A stretch of 64,000 nt of DNA from Macrostomum hystrix (lineage: Eukaryota; Animalia; Platyhelminthes): assembly GCA_950097015.1 (NCBI GenBank), contig CATNEN010000027.1:372001-436000 (forward strand). The letters are read 5' to 3'. A model generated the notes under the pieces. It did not search any database. It was not told the origin of the DNA and worked only from the letters and a program-made list of their open reading frames with translations. The translations under genes and the position numbers were made by a program. Positions 48,801 through 60,906 of this stretch are shown one piece after another (positions within the stretch are counted from its first letter, which is position 1; every line of letters begins with the position of its first letter).

Positions 48801-51800
48801 GCATCCGGCCGGAACAGGTGCAGCCGGGCGAAGTATTTATAGCGCGCATCGTCAGAGGTGAGGTTCAGAACATGCAACCGATTGATTCCGGGTCCGAAGA
48901 TGGCGTATTTTAGGTTTTCTGCGGCTGCAACACGAAATATATGCACTTTTTGAATAGACAAGCTGCGCGTCTGCTTTAGGCTAGTGCATCGTTTTAGTCA
49001 TTTCGGACTATTAACGTCCTCAAATACTTCGAAGCTTCCTCAAAGGCACTACCTAACGCTCTCATAGACTTTAAAACGTCGTGGCTGTAATAACAAATAA
49101 TAAAAGTCCTCACAGGTTATTAAATCAAAAGTAATAAAACTCACCATGTAATCAAGAAACTTCAAACTGCTACAAAACTGCTCACACTACCAAACGTCCT
49201 CCAACACTACCAAACGTACTCACACACTACCAAACGTACTCACACACTACCAAACGTCCTCCAACACTACCAAACGTTCTCACACACTACCAACGTCCTC
49301 TCACACTAGCAAACGTCCTCCGACACTACCAAACGTCCTCTGACAGTATAAGAACGTCCTCCGACACTACCAAACGTCCTCTGACACTATCAAACGTCCT
49401 TCGACACTATCAAACGTCCTCCCACACTACCAAATGTCCTCCCACACTACCAAACGTCCTCCGACACTATCAAACGTCCTCCGACACTACCAAATGTCCT
49501 CTGACACTATCAAACGTCCTTCGACACTATCAAACGTCCTCCGACACTACCAAACGTCCTGCGACACTACCAAACGTCCTCTGACACTATCAAACGTCCT
49601 TCGACACTATCAAACGTCCTCCCACACTACCAAATGTCCTCCCACACTACCAAACGTCCTCCGACACTATCAAACGTCCTCCGACACTACCAAATGTCCT
49701 CTGACACTATCAAACGTCCTTCGACACTATCAAACGTCCTCCGACACTACCAAACGTCCTGCGACACTACCAAACGTCCTCTGACACTATCAAACGTCCT
49801 CCAACACTACCAAACGTTCTCACACACAACCAAATGTCCTCCGACATTTTGTCCTGTCTCACCAAACGTCCTCCAAGGCTACCAAATGTCTTCCCACACT
49901 AGCAAACGTCCTCCGACACTATCAAAGATCCTCCCAAGCTAGCTACCAAACGTCTTCACAGACTACTACGATAACGTTCTTCTAATAAAAGTGCTAACAT
50001 CTTCCCAGGCTACCAAACACTTGTCTCGCCAGCAGTCCCAGCAATTTCAAGTGACATCAGCTTACAAATCTGCTGCGGGCTTTCATGCGACGCCAAATTC
50101 ATTCGATAATAGGAGACTTGTAGCGCATCGGGCGAATTTGACAAGATTCGCAGGTTGCAGACCGCTGTGCCACCACGCGGTCCAGATTCGCAGTCGATGC
50201 TGCCATCAATGGCGGTCAGATTCACTGGCAGAGTAGTGTGTGCGAAAGATGTAGATGTCGAGAAGGGGAAGGGACGAAGGATGGGTCCTTGGTGAAAATG
50301 TAATGTTGAAAAGTCAAGACGAAATAAAGTTTATCAGCAAAGTCGCCTGTGCTCACCAAATCGTGGCATAAACCTTCTGGACTGAATCACGAGGCCGGTG
50401 CCATCAGCTGACTCTGACTGGCAGTACAGTCGGCACTGTTGATTCCGATCATCAGACAACGTTGAAATTTTTTCCGGCTCAGCAGTCACAGTCAGCCGAC
50501 CGTCCCCAGCGTCGAATATACGGACAAATGGCGACCTGTTGGGCAGAGCCGACAGCTTCGGCAGGTCGCTCTCGTGGCCGTCGGCGGGACTGCAGCCCTC
50601 GTAGCGCCAGCGCAGGCGTTGGGTCGAAAACGACATCGGGGCGCAAAGCCGGACCTCATTCGAAGGCATTGCCAGAACCTGATCTGGCAACGGCTCCAAC
50701 GCGAAGTTGCGATCTGACGGTGCTCGAACTTCTATCGCCATGGCAACCACTGCGTTATGCGAATTATGCAAATGGCGACATAAACAGATTAACAGTCAGG
50801 CTTTTATTGGTTTATTTTGTTGACGATCTGTCTCACAGTCCTCTGTCTCACCTGTCTCACAGTCATCTGTCTCACAGTCATCTGTCTCACAGTCATCTGT
50901 CTCACAGTCATCTGTCTCACAGTCATCTGTCTCACAGTCATCTGTCTCACAGTCATCTGTCTCACAGTCATCTGTCTCACAGTCATCTGTCTCACAGTCA
51001 TCTGTCTCACAGTCATCTGTCTCACAGTCATCTGTCTCACAGTCATCTGTCTCACAGTCATCTGTCTCACAGTCATCTGTCTCACAGTCATCTGTCTCAC
51101 AGTCATCTGTCTCACAGTCATCTGTCTCACAGTCATCTGTCTCACAGTCATCTGTCTCACAGTCATCTGTCTCACAGTCATCTGTCTCACAGTCATCTGT
51201 CTCACAGTCATCTGTCTCACAGTCATCTGTCTCACAGTCATCTGTCTCACAGTCATCTGTCTCACAGTCATCTGTCTCACAGTCATCTGTCTCACAGTCA
51301 TCTGTCTCACAGTCATCTGTCTCACAGTCATCTGTCTCACAGTCATCTGTCTCACAGTCATCTGTCTCACAGTCATCTGTCTCACAGTCATCTGTCTCAC
51401 AGTCATCTGTCTCACAGTCATCTGTCACACCTGTCTCACAGTCAAGTTTCATAGTTAATAAAATTGGATTATACCACATCGGTTTTTGAAGTGTAATAAA
51501 AGAGCAACGTGAAATTAGATTGATCAGACCAGCCAGTTGCTTAGTCATACACTGGCCTGGTAGTTGATAGTTTGGAGTTACGATCTAACAGATTTCAAAT
51601 CGACAATGCGCATATTGCATATAGCTAGTGTACAGAGCGTGCACTTACACTAATAATCAGCATTCACAACCCTGGGGGAGGACAGGCCAATCTAAATATA
51701 GAAATGACGTCAGTCCCATTCAGCCCGCCATACGAAAGCGGGTATGCGTCACTTAGTCATGCACTGAACTATATTTGACAAGAGAGAAGAGAGGAGGAAC

Positions 51801-54800
51801 CCACAGCCATATGCCTCCCAGCGCTCAACTGAATCCCGACCCACCCCAATCTGCGGTTTCAGGCCCTCTTAAATCGTCAGTTTCCAATACCCCACCGCCC
51901 GATTCGCAACCTATTTTATACTGCTCTTCCACGAAATGGCCCATCGCTGGAGGCGGTCAGACAACAAAGACTTTGCAAGCCGCAACTGCATATAGCTGTA
52001 CTGTAAATAAAAAAATCCACACACAATAAGGATAAGTTAGGACCAATCTACCTGGGCATTGGTCAGCCAAGCTAAAATCTGGAATTTTGAATTGTGATTC
52101 CGATGCGTCACTTCATTTTCTTTTCTATTTCACAATAAAGATGCTGTGAACAGTCAGTAGTTGTTCCTGTGTTTATCTGAATACAGTGTGGAAGCCATTG
52201 CTTCTGTATACTATCAGCGCCGACTTGCTAGTTGTGCTGATGCTGAATGCCATTAAAGCTCGTTGGAATGGAAGACTGTCTAAGGGCCTAGATTCGAAAA
52301 TACCAGGGCTAAAAATGATCATTATGAGCTATTAACATCTTACAATGACAGACAGTGAGACATGTCACACACACAGACAGTGAGACATGCCACACACACA
52401 GACAGTGAGACATGCCACACACACAGACAGTGAGACATGTGAAACACACAGACAGTGAGACATGTCACACACACAGACAGTGAGACATGTCACACACACA
52501 GACAGTGAGACATGTCACACACACAGACAGTGAGACATGTCACACACACAGACAGTGAGACATGTCACACACACAGACAGTGAGACATGTCACACACACA
52601 GACAGTGAGACATGCCACACACACAGACAGTGAGACATGTGAAACACACAGACAGTGAGACATGTCACACACACAGACAGTGAGACATGTCACACACACA
52701 GATAGTGAGACATGTCACACACACAGACAGTGAGACATGTCACACACACAGACAGTGAGACATGTCACACACACACAGACAGTGAGACATGTCACACACA
52801 CACAGACAGTGTGATATGTCACACACACAGACAGTGAGACATGTCACACACACAGACAGTGAGACATGTCACACACACAGATCGTGAGGCATGTCACACA
52901 CACAGACAGTGAGACATGTCACACACACAGACAGTGAGACATGTCACACACACAGACAGTGAGGCATGTCACACACACAGACAGTGAGACATGTCACACA
53001 CACAGACAGTGAGACATGTCACACACACACAGACAGTGAGACATGTCACACACACAGACAGTGAGACATGTGAAACACACACAGACAGTGAGACATGTGA
53101 AACACACAGACAGTGAGACATGTTAAACACACAGACAGTGAGACATGTCACACACACAGACAGTGAGACATGTCACACACACAGACAGTGAGACATGTCA
53201 CACACACACAGACAGTGAGACATGTCACACACACAGACAGTGTGATATGTCACACACACAGACAGTGAGACATGTCACACACACAGACAGTGAGACATGT
53301 CACACACACAGATCGTGAGGCATGTCACACACACAGACAGTGAGACATGTCACACTCACAGACAGTGAGGCATGTCACACACACAGACAGTGAGACATGT
53401 CACACTCACAGACAGTGAGACATGTGAAACACACACAGACAGTGAGACATGTGAAACACACAGACAGTGAGACATGTTAAACACACAGACAGTGAGACAT
53501 GTCACACACACAGACAGTGAGACATGTCACACACACAGATCGTGAGACATGTCACACACACAGATCGTGAGACATGTCACACACACAGATCGTGAGACAT
53601 GTCACACACACACAGACAGTGAGACATGTCACACACACAGACAGTGAGACATGTCACACACACAGACAGTGAGACTTGTCACACACACAGACAGTGAGAC
53701 ATGTCACACTCACAGACAGTGAGGCATGTCACACACACAGACAGTGAGACATGTCACACACACAGACAGTGAGACATGTCACACACACAGACAGTGAGAC
53801 ATGTCACACACACAGACAGTGAGACATGTCACACACACAGATCGTGAGACATGTCACACACACAGACAGTGAGACATGTCACACTCACAGACAGTGAGGC
53901 ATGTCACACACACAGACAGTGAGACATGTCACACACACAGACAGTGAGACATGTCACACACACAGACAGTGAGACATGTCACACACACAGACAGTGAGAC
54001 ATGTCACACACACAGACAGTGAGACATGTCACACACACAGATCGTGAGACATGTCACACACACAGACAGTGAGACATGTCACACACACAGATAGTGAGAC
54101 ATGTCACACACACAGACAGTGAGACATGTCACACACACAGACAGTGAGACATGTCACACACACAGACAGTGAGACATGTCACACACACAGATCGTGAGGC
54201 ATGTCACACACACAGACAGTGAGGCATGTCACACACACAGACAGTGAGGCATGTCACACACACAGACAGTGAGACATGTCACACACACAGACAGTGAGAC
54301 ATGTCACACACACAGACAGTGAGACATGTCACACTCACAGACAGTGAGACATGTCACACACACAGACAGTGAGACATGTCACACACACAGACAGTGAGAC
54401 ATGTCACACACACAGAGACAGTGAGACATGTCACACACACAGACAGTGAGACATGTCACACACACAGATCGTGAGACATGTCACACACACAGACAGTGAG
54501 ACATGTCACACACACAGATAGTGAGACATGTCACACACACAGATCGTGAGACATGTCACACACACAGACAGTGAGACATGTCACACACACAGATAGTGAG
54601 ACATGTCACACACACAGATCGTGAGACAGACATTGGTGGCTTTGTTTCATGCCAGCACATAAAATGATGATAACTACAAGGTATAATTAGGACATTGTTT
54701 TATCATGGTATCAATACATGCGCATTCATTATTTCAATCCATATGGCAGAACGGGGCTGCTCGCTGACTAAGCCCTCAAAAATAGGGGCCATTGTTTTGT

Positions 54801-56310
54801 ATCTCGCTAAATAAAACGGTGAGGAAAAACTACTCGAGTTGAGTTGGACTGTGTCCTCGTTTAAGGGCCCGCGCAATGATTTGGCTTAGTTACGCTTGCA
54901 TTCATACAAGTTAGGCTGTACTAATATATTATTTAGCCCCTACTAATGTCTAGCTATATCGCTATATATAATTAGTGAAGGATTCTACTTACTCAGGAAG
55001 GAATGAGAGAGCGAAGTGTTATGGAAGGAGAGGTAGACAGGTAGAGTGAGAAGTAGAGTGATGGAATGAATGAGAGGTAAACAGGTAGATTGAGAAGTAG
55101 AGTGATGGAATGAATGAGAGGTAAACAGGTAGAGTGAGAAGTAGAGTGATGGAATGAATGAGAGGAGACAGGTAGAGTGAGAAGTAGAGTGATGGAATGA
55201 ATGAGAGGTAAACAGGTAGAGTGAGAAGTAGAGTGATGGAATGAATGAGAGGTAAACAGGTACAGTGAGAAGTAGAGTTATGGAATGAATGAGAGGTAAA
55301 CAGGTAGAGTGAGAAGTAGAGTGATGGAATGAATGAGAGGTAAACAGGTAGAGTGAGAAGTAGAGTTATGGAATGAATGAGAGGTAAACAGGTAGAGTGA
55401 GAAGTAGAGTTATTGAATGAATGAGAGGTAAACAGGTAGAGTGAGAAGTAGAGTGATGGAATGAATGAGAGGAGACAGGTAGAGTGAGAAGTAGAGTAAT
55501 GGAATGAATGAGAGGTAAACAGGTAGAGTGAGAAGTAGAGTGATGGAATGAATGAGAGGTAAACAGGTAGAGTGAGAAGTAGAGTGATGGAATGAATGAG
55601 AGGTAAACAGGTAGATTGAGAAGTAGAGTGATGGAATGAATGAGAGGTAAACAGGTAGAGTGAGAAGTAGAGTGATGGAATGAATGAGAGGAGACAGGTA
55701 GAGTGAGAAGTAGAGTGATGGAATGAATGAGAGGTAAACAGGTAGAGTGAGAAGTAGAGTGATGGAATGAATGAGAGGTAAACAGGTAGAGTGAGAAGTA
55801 GAGTTATGGAATGAATGAGAGGTAAACAGGTAGAGTGAGAAGTAGAGTGATGGAATGAATGAGAGGTAAACAGGTAGAGTGAGAAGTAGAGTGATGGAAT
55901 GAATGAGAGGTAAACAGGTAGAGTGAGAAGTAGAGTTATTGAATGAATGAGAGGTAAACAGGTAGAGTGAGAAGTAGAGTTATTGAATGAATGAGAGGTA
56001 AACAGGTAGAGTGAGAAGTAGAGTGATGGAATGAATGAGAGGTAAACAGGTAGAGTGAGAAGTAGAGTGATGGAATGAATGAGAGCAGACAGGTAGAGTG
56101 AGAAGTAGAGTGATGGAATGAATGAGAGCAGACAGGTAGAGTGAGAAGTAGAGTGATGGAAATGAATGAGAGGAGACAGGTAGAGTGAAAAGTAGACGAT
56201 GGGATGAGAAAGAAAGTGTCAGGCAGTTTGAGAAGCATTATTAGGTGAGCAGTCTCACCTGATATAGCACCAAAGTGTAGCAGTACAAGTGCAATCGCGA
56301 GCTGCATCAT
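36065..56310 (-). CDS. Dscam: Down syndrome cell adhesion molecule (Dscam): signal peptide, 9 Ig (some divergent), 4 FN3, Ig, 2 FN3, TM, Pro-rich cytoplasmic tail; 19 exons, about 2,422 aa
   Basis: Exons with compatible GT-AG phases: 56310-56259, 50749-50357, 50224-50066, 48924-48418, 48258-47941, 47782-47441, 45824-45568, 44651-44322, 44092-43858, 43771-43628, 43487-43138, 42988-42034, 41913-41758, 41642-41133, 40431-40308, 40149-40010, 39931-38156, 37876-37504, 36212-36065 (sum 7269 nt, divisible by 3). Diagnostic segments: PLSASIP...SVDYGG..C.V.GWPI..V.W (Ig4), D.G.Y.C motifs, V..G.NGRI..Y FN3 motifs, DNCP in FN6, TM VALVAALVMLLVLGLMALTAALLC, and the cytoplasmic YATF motif. Confidence 0.9.
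36310..36445. repeat. 18-bp repeat CACCTCACTCCCTACAGC (about 7 copies), last Dscam intron
   Basis: Direct inspection. Confidence 0.88.
40520..41095. repeat. 31-bp minisatellite CACCACACGACCAAACACACCATAGACAGTA (about 18 copies), Dscam intron 14
   Basis: Direct inspection. Confidence 0.95.
44683..45460. repeat. 19-bp minisatellite GATTGACTACCAGGTGAAT (about 41 copies), Dscam intron 7
   Basis: Direct inspection. Confidence 0.95.
45875..46165. repeat. (TTGTAC)n-type microsatellite, Dscam intron 6
   Basis: Direct inspection. Confidence 0.9.
46790..47260. repeat. About 26-bp minisatellite GGAATCTTCCCAACTTAGGAACAG(C/G)T with a local inversion hairpin AAGATTCCAA-N7-TTGGAATCTT near 47152-47180
   Basis: Direct inspection. 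Confidence 0.88.
49180..49935. repeat. 20-bp minisatellite CCGACACTACCAAACGTCCT (about 37 copies), Dscam intron 3
   Basis: Direct inspection. Confidence 0.95.
50830..51445. repeat. 15-bp minisatellite CTCACAGTCATCTGT, about 38 identical copies, Dscam intron 1
   Basis: Direct inspection. Confidence 0.97.
52345..54630. repeat. 25-bp minisatellite GACAGTGAGACATGTCACACACACA (about 90 copies), Dscam intron 1
   Basis: Direct inspection. Confidence 0.97.
55030..56200. repeat. 44-bp purine-rich minisatellite GAGAAGTAGAGTGATGGAATGAATGAGAGGTAAACAGGTAGAGT (about 26 copies), Dscam intron 1
   Basis: Direct inspection. Confidence 0.97.
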
Positions 56311-57394
56311 CCTAATGCAATTGTAAGCAGTCGAGTAGGTTTGTGTCGCACAGCGGGCCCAATTGACCGGTAGTCAGTCATTCAATAGGCAGCGAGTGTT
56401 TCAGTATCGATGGACATGGCTTACGTCTCTGGATGGGTTTCATACTATGGGAAGTTTTTTAATCGACTAGAATCTCCTCGTTTTATGTTTGATACCCTTC
56501 GCTGCCAGTCGTTCACTATTTAGATAAGGCACAACACACCCTCCTGTTAAATAGGCTGCAAGTGTCCTATTGGCTAACTGAACGGCCATCCTCACAGATT
56601 TTAATTTGCGTACATCTGCGAATGTGCGGTGTGGGTGCAGCGGGGAAGGTTTTGGGAGGGCTTGTGTCTGGGGGCAGGGAAGGAGCCAAGCAGACAAAGA
56701 GCACAAAATTTTATAGCTTTAGACAAGTCTTAGGGAAATACTGTGGAGGCCTGGAAGGGCAAATCGGGAACAAAGATCGTTGGGACTCGCAGACTTAGGG
56801 ATTGGGATATTTGGGGTGCCGCTCAGTTGAAGTTGGAATTTTATGAGCAAACACCAAATAATTGTAAACCAAAATGTAGAAAACGCGTCTCACACTACTC
56901 ATAAGCCTCAGCTAGCATTCGGAAATAAATTAATCAAAGACGCCGTGTAGGTTCGTGAATTTGCCTTCAAGGACCACTAGGAGTCGAAGGACGGGAAACA
57001 ACATTTCTTAGAATAAGTTTTGGAGGCAGGTTTTCACCGGTACTCTATAGATTTAGGAAAATTTCAACCTTTTCCCATTTAAACTGTGATAGTTTTCTAA
57101 ACGGATTTTAAAGACACTATTAGGACGTCACTGATTAGTTTGGGGTCTGCGTCAACAAATGATCTAGAGTCATGCAAGTGGCGCATTTGATTGAGATTGA
57201 ATAGATCCCTTTCGGCGTTTACCATATTGATTTGATCTTCAAAAATTACGTATACAGGTACAAATTCACACTGCACGTTTGTAAATCCCCAAATGCAATT
57301 ACACTTGTCCTCTCAATTAGCTAATACGCCCCCTCCTGTTGGCCCCAAACATAATCACCTCTTGACTGGCAACCTGGGCAGACAAAACCACTCG

Positions 57395-57800
57395 GCCCCC
57401 AGCAGCAGAGAACTAATGTCCCCCCAGCAGCAGAGAACCAATGTCCCCCCAGCAGCAGAGAACCAATGTCCCCCCAGCAGCAGAGAACCAATGTCCCCCC
57501 AGCAGCAGAGAACTAATGTCCCCCCAGCAGCAGAGAACTAATGTCCCCCCAGCAGCAGAGAACTAATGTCCCCCCAGCAGCAGAGAACTAATGTCCCCCC
57601 AGTAGCAGAGAACTAATGTCCCCCCAGCAGCAGAGAACTAATGTCCCCCCAGCAGCAGAGAACTAATGTCCCCCCAGCAGCAGAGAACTAATGTCCCCCC
57701 AGTAGCAGAGAACTAATGTCCCCCCAGCAGCAGAGAACTAATGTCCCCCCAGCAGCAGAGAACCAATGTCCCCCCAGCAGCAGAGAACTAATGTCCCCCA
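57395..57800. repeat. 25-bp minisatellite CAGCAGCAGAGAACTAATGTCCCCC (about 16 copies)
   Basis: Direct inspection. Confidence 0.95.
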
Positions 57801-58405
57801 CAAGCAGGAAATTTTTTGTTTGTTTGGAATAAAAATGTTTATAGCTCGTATAATATTTGAAAAATGCTGACAGCAACGTATGCTCAAACAGTCTTCATTT
57901 ATTTTTTAATCCTATTGAATATTGCTTGCATGAATGCTTAAAAAGACGTGAAAATTGAAAATGAACAACGCTACTTTGCTCAGAGTGTTTTCTTATATTT
58001 GTGAATCTAAAAACGCTAGCAGATATGCTCGAAATTCTTTCCTCAGTTTTGTAACGAACGTTTGTACGGACAGATTTAGATTAGACATTTAGTATATATA
58101 ATATTAACTTCTTGTCTCCCTACCTGCCCCATTGTCAGTCGACCTTTCGAACCCCCACGCGTGCGCGTATCTAGTTTGTAATTGTGATCCCCGCGACCCA
58201 GTTCCTGTATTCCCATGTTTTATTTCTCTGTTTAGTAGTAATTGGTGATGGAGCTAATGATATATTGATAAGGTTCCCCAATTAAGTTTATGTTTCCCGA
58301 ACATAGAATCCTTTTCCCCGGATTCCTATGATTCAAAATCCCCCATCCCCGGATTATTAATAGGGTAACTTGACTTGCTACATATCGAGACACCTGCTCG
58401 ATCAC

Positions 58406-58942
58406 GAAGGCTTTTCCTACATCCTGCTCGGTGCCCTCCAGTCTGACAGCATCGAGCGCAGTCCGGAGCTAACTACTTCATTTCTGCCAGGCAGCTGTCC
58501 GAGAACAATCGAAAGATCGCAGCTATTAGCTTGCTAAAATTTTCTCCGTTTTCGCTCCGCGATATCGATCGTGCGATCGCGGAGTTGACTCCCGAGCATG
58601 ATTCTGGAATGAAGAGACTGGCTCAGGAGATGGCGGCAACGATGGAGTTGACTGTTCAGCCCGAAGGCTCCGACTACACCGTCATCTACATGAGCGGTTG
58701 CATCGCGAAGAAACTGGTGCAGAGCAGACGTGGCTGCGAGTCCTGCCGGGAGCTTCTTCTCGAGTCGGATGTTCTGACCCCGCTAGAAGTAGACGCTCCA
58801 ATCCAGTCGACTGCCTCTGCCTTTATTGACGAGATTTACCGAGATGTCCCTTTTTGGCTCACAGGATTGGCCGAAAACCGGCCTCAACTTGCAGGGGAGA
58901 AGAAAGCCTTGCGGGCCCAGTTGTTATTTCTAGAAGTCTCTG
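58406..58942 (+). mobile_element. P-element/THAP9-superfamily transposase relic (C-terminal part) with a possible right terminal inverted repeat
   Basis: EGFSYILLGALQSDSIER (catalytic-E motif, cf. Q.DPLE.F), a frameshifting deletion, then SGANYFISARQL, and YMSGCIAKKL...GCESCRELL...AFID typical of the P-transposase C-terminus. The reverse complement of 58926-58942 is CAGAGACTTCTAGAAAT, fitting a CANRG P-type end (inferred). Confidence 0.7.
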
Positions 58943-59022
58943 GTCTGAATAATATTCCCTTTTACATCCAAATAAACACTGGGAGCACTCAATTTAACAC
59001 CAAGTGGCAGAACGCATGCGCT

Positions 59023-59638
59023 TTTTCTTTCTTTCTTTTACAGGGCGCGCCCGAGCCGGAGAACCGATAAGGGCGGGGGCGCTAGAGGCGCCCCATACTG
59101 CGCAGGAGCTCGATGACCGCGGCCGGGTTCTCCATCAAGTTCTCGGCCGGGATTCCGCGTAGGGCTCGGTGGCGGTCGCCTCTTGGGCAGTGGAGGACGA
59201 CGTGGTCGACACTGTCCAACTCGCCGCAGTCGGGGCACAGCGGGGACTCGTCGACGCCGAGACGGTAGCGGGTTTTTCTGTCGATCATGCTGGCGCCCGC
59301 GCGTAGTTGGTTGACCAGGACCTGTTGCTTCCGCGGCAGGCCCTGGGGCGGGCTCCAGAAAGGGCCGACTGCTGTGGTATCCAGGTCGCGTCGGCAGCGT
59401 CGGGCGGCTGCTCTGGCGGCGTCCAACTGGATCGGGGCCTGGCTTTGGTCTAGGTTTGCCGCCCTGGCCGCCGCCTGGTCGGCGGCCTCGTTGCCGGAAA
59501 TACCGCAGTGGGCCGGGACCCAGCAGAAGCCGATCTTGGTGCCTAGCTCGATCAGGTCCAGGATGAGCTCCCAGCAATCGGCTGCTACTGAGTCCCTCTG
59601 CCCAAGTGGCCCGGCGCTCAGGGTCGTGATGGCGCTCA
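59023..59638 (-). mobile_element. 5'-truncated non-LTR retrotransposon (I-group-like): RNase H C-half, CCHC knuckle, 3' UTR and (GAAA)n tail; 12-bp TSD AGCGCATGCGTT
   Basis: WVPAHCGISGNEAADQAA (LINE RNase H), QLRAG, CPDCGELDSVDHVVLHC, stop at 59082. TSD copies at 59011-59022 and 59639-59650. Confidence 0.9.
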
Positions 59639-59650
59639 AACGCATGCGCT

Positions 59651-59770
59651 TCTTCTTCTTCTGTTTCAGGGCGCCTCCGTGTGCGGACCAGCCGATCGGG
59701 AGGGGGGCAGAGGAGGGGGGCCCCATTCTGCGGATGAGCCCGATAATGGCATCCGGGGACCCCATCAGGT
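59651..59770 (-). mobile_element. Second, 120-bp 3' fragment of a related LINE with (AAG)n tail; 10-bp TSD AGCGCATGCG
   Basis: Encodes DLMGSPDAIIGLIRRMG, homologous to NLMENPAAVIELLRSMG of the neighbour. Both end GCGCCCTG(T)AAA plus a purine tail. TSD copies at 59641-59650 and 59771-59780. Confidence 0.8.
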
Positions 59771-59895
59771 CGCATGCGCTGCAGTCGCTGCTGCATCATG
59801 TCTGTGGCCAAAAGTGTGGTAAACGAGCAGCCAATTTAACACTCGGGGCACCAATTTCGTCCTTTTGATTTGCGCTGCTTAAAATCTCACTGCCA

Positions 59896-60906
59896 TGAGC
59901 GATCAGGAACTTCTATCTGATTCTATCAAGCCGCCAAAGCTACGAAACTGCTCCAGATGAACAGGCAGATGGACTGCGCCGAGGAACGTACGTTAGAATA
60001 AGCGATGAGCGGTACAACCTCGTTGTGGATGCTTAGAAAGAGGCGAGCGACCGGCTGATATCGCGCGCTGGCTGCAGCTCAACAAAAACACCGTCTACTC
60101 CATTCAGAAGCGATACGAGACGACAGGACAGCGAAATCGGCGTCCGCGTGGTGGAACTCGCGGCGCAAAGCTGGGCGAGGAACAGACAGAGTGGCTGGTG
60201 CAACATCTTGACTGGAACCAAATGATGACGCTGGCAGAGATGGCACGATCGGTACAAGGTAGATTTGAAGGTCTTCCAGTGAGCACTGCTACAATCAGTC
60301 GAGCTTTAGACAAGCAGCTTATCACCTTGAAATGTCTGAGCCGGGATGCCGACATTCCTGCAGCGCGCAATACTCCAGAGAATCGACTTCGAAGGCGCGA
60401 ATTCGCTCAATGGCTGATCGAATTGCCACCCTATCATCACCCTGTCTTCTTCGATGAAACAGGTTTTAATTTATGGACTCGAATGTCACAAGGGCGCAGC
60501 AGACGTGGGCAACGAGTGAGAAGGGTCGTTGTCGCTCAGCGAGGGGTGCAGGTGAATCTGGTACAGGCCGTGTCACCAACGGCAGGTCTTCTGCATAACA
60601 AGATTGTAGCAGTCACGATGACCGCAGAAAGATTTCAGACAGTTGTGGATGAGTTACTGGAGGTTGTAAGCAATCGGAACAACATCGGAGACGCTGACCA
60701 GATGCACATTGTGATGTGATGCCAGCCTGAAGTGTAGAGACCTGCCACCTCTGGACACTCCCCTGTGGCAGAGGCGGATTCTGGTGCTGCACAGGATTGC
60801 AGAGGAGGCCACTGGTGAGGTGACTCCTGCCAAATGCGGCGGCTGGTTCAGGCAGATGCTGCGACGAGTTCCGGTCTGCTTGGCAGGGCAGCCGATTGAT
60901 GACTGA
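59896..60906 (+). pseudogene. IS630/Tc1/mariner-superfamily transposase pseudogene
   Basis: HTH region (ADIARWLQLNKNTVYSI...RPRGG), VSTATISRAL, first Asp in VFFDETGF, second-Asp motif broken (IVM*), YSP.LNPIE region deleted, and C-terminal EEATGEVTPAKCGGWFRQM. Contains stops and frameshifts. Confidence 0.85.

Noticed and set aside
59082-59765. 227-aa ORF as a single intact gene
   Set aside because: It is a chance in-frame fusion of two LINE 3' fragments across a target-site duplication and an (AAG)n tail encoding KQKKKK.
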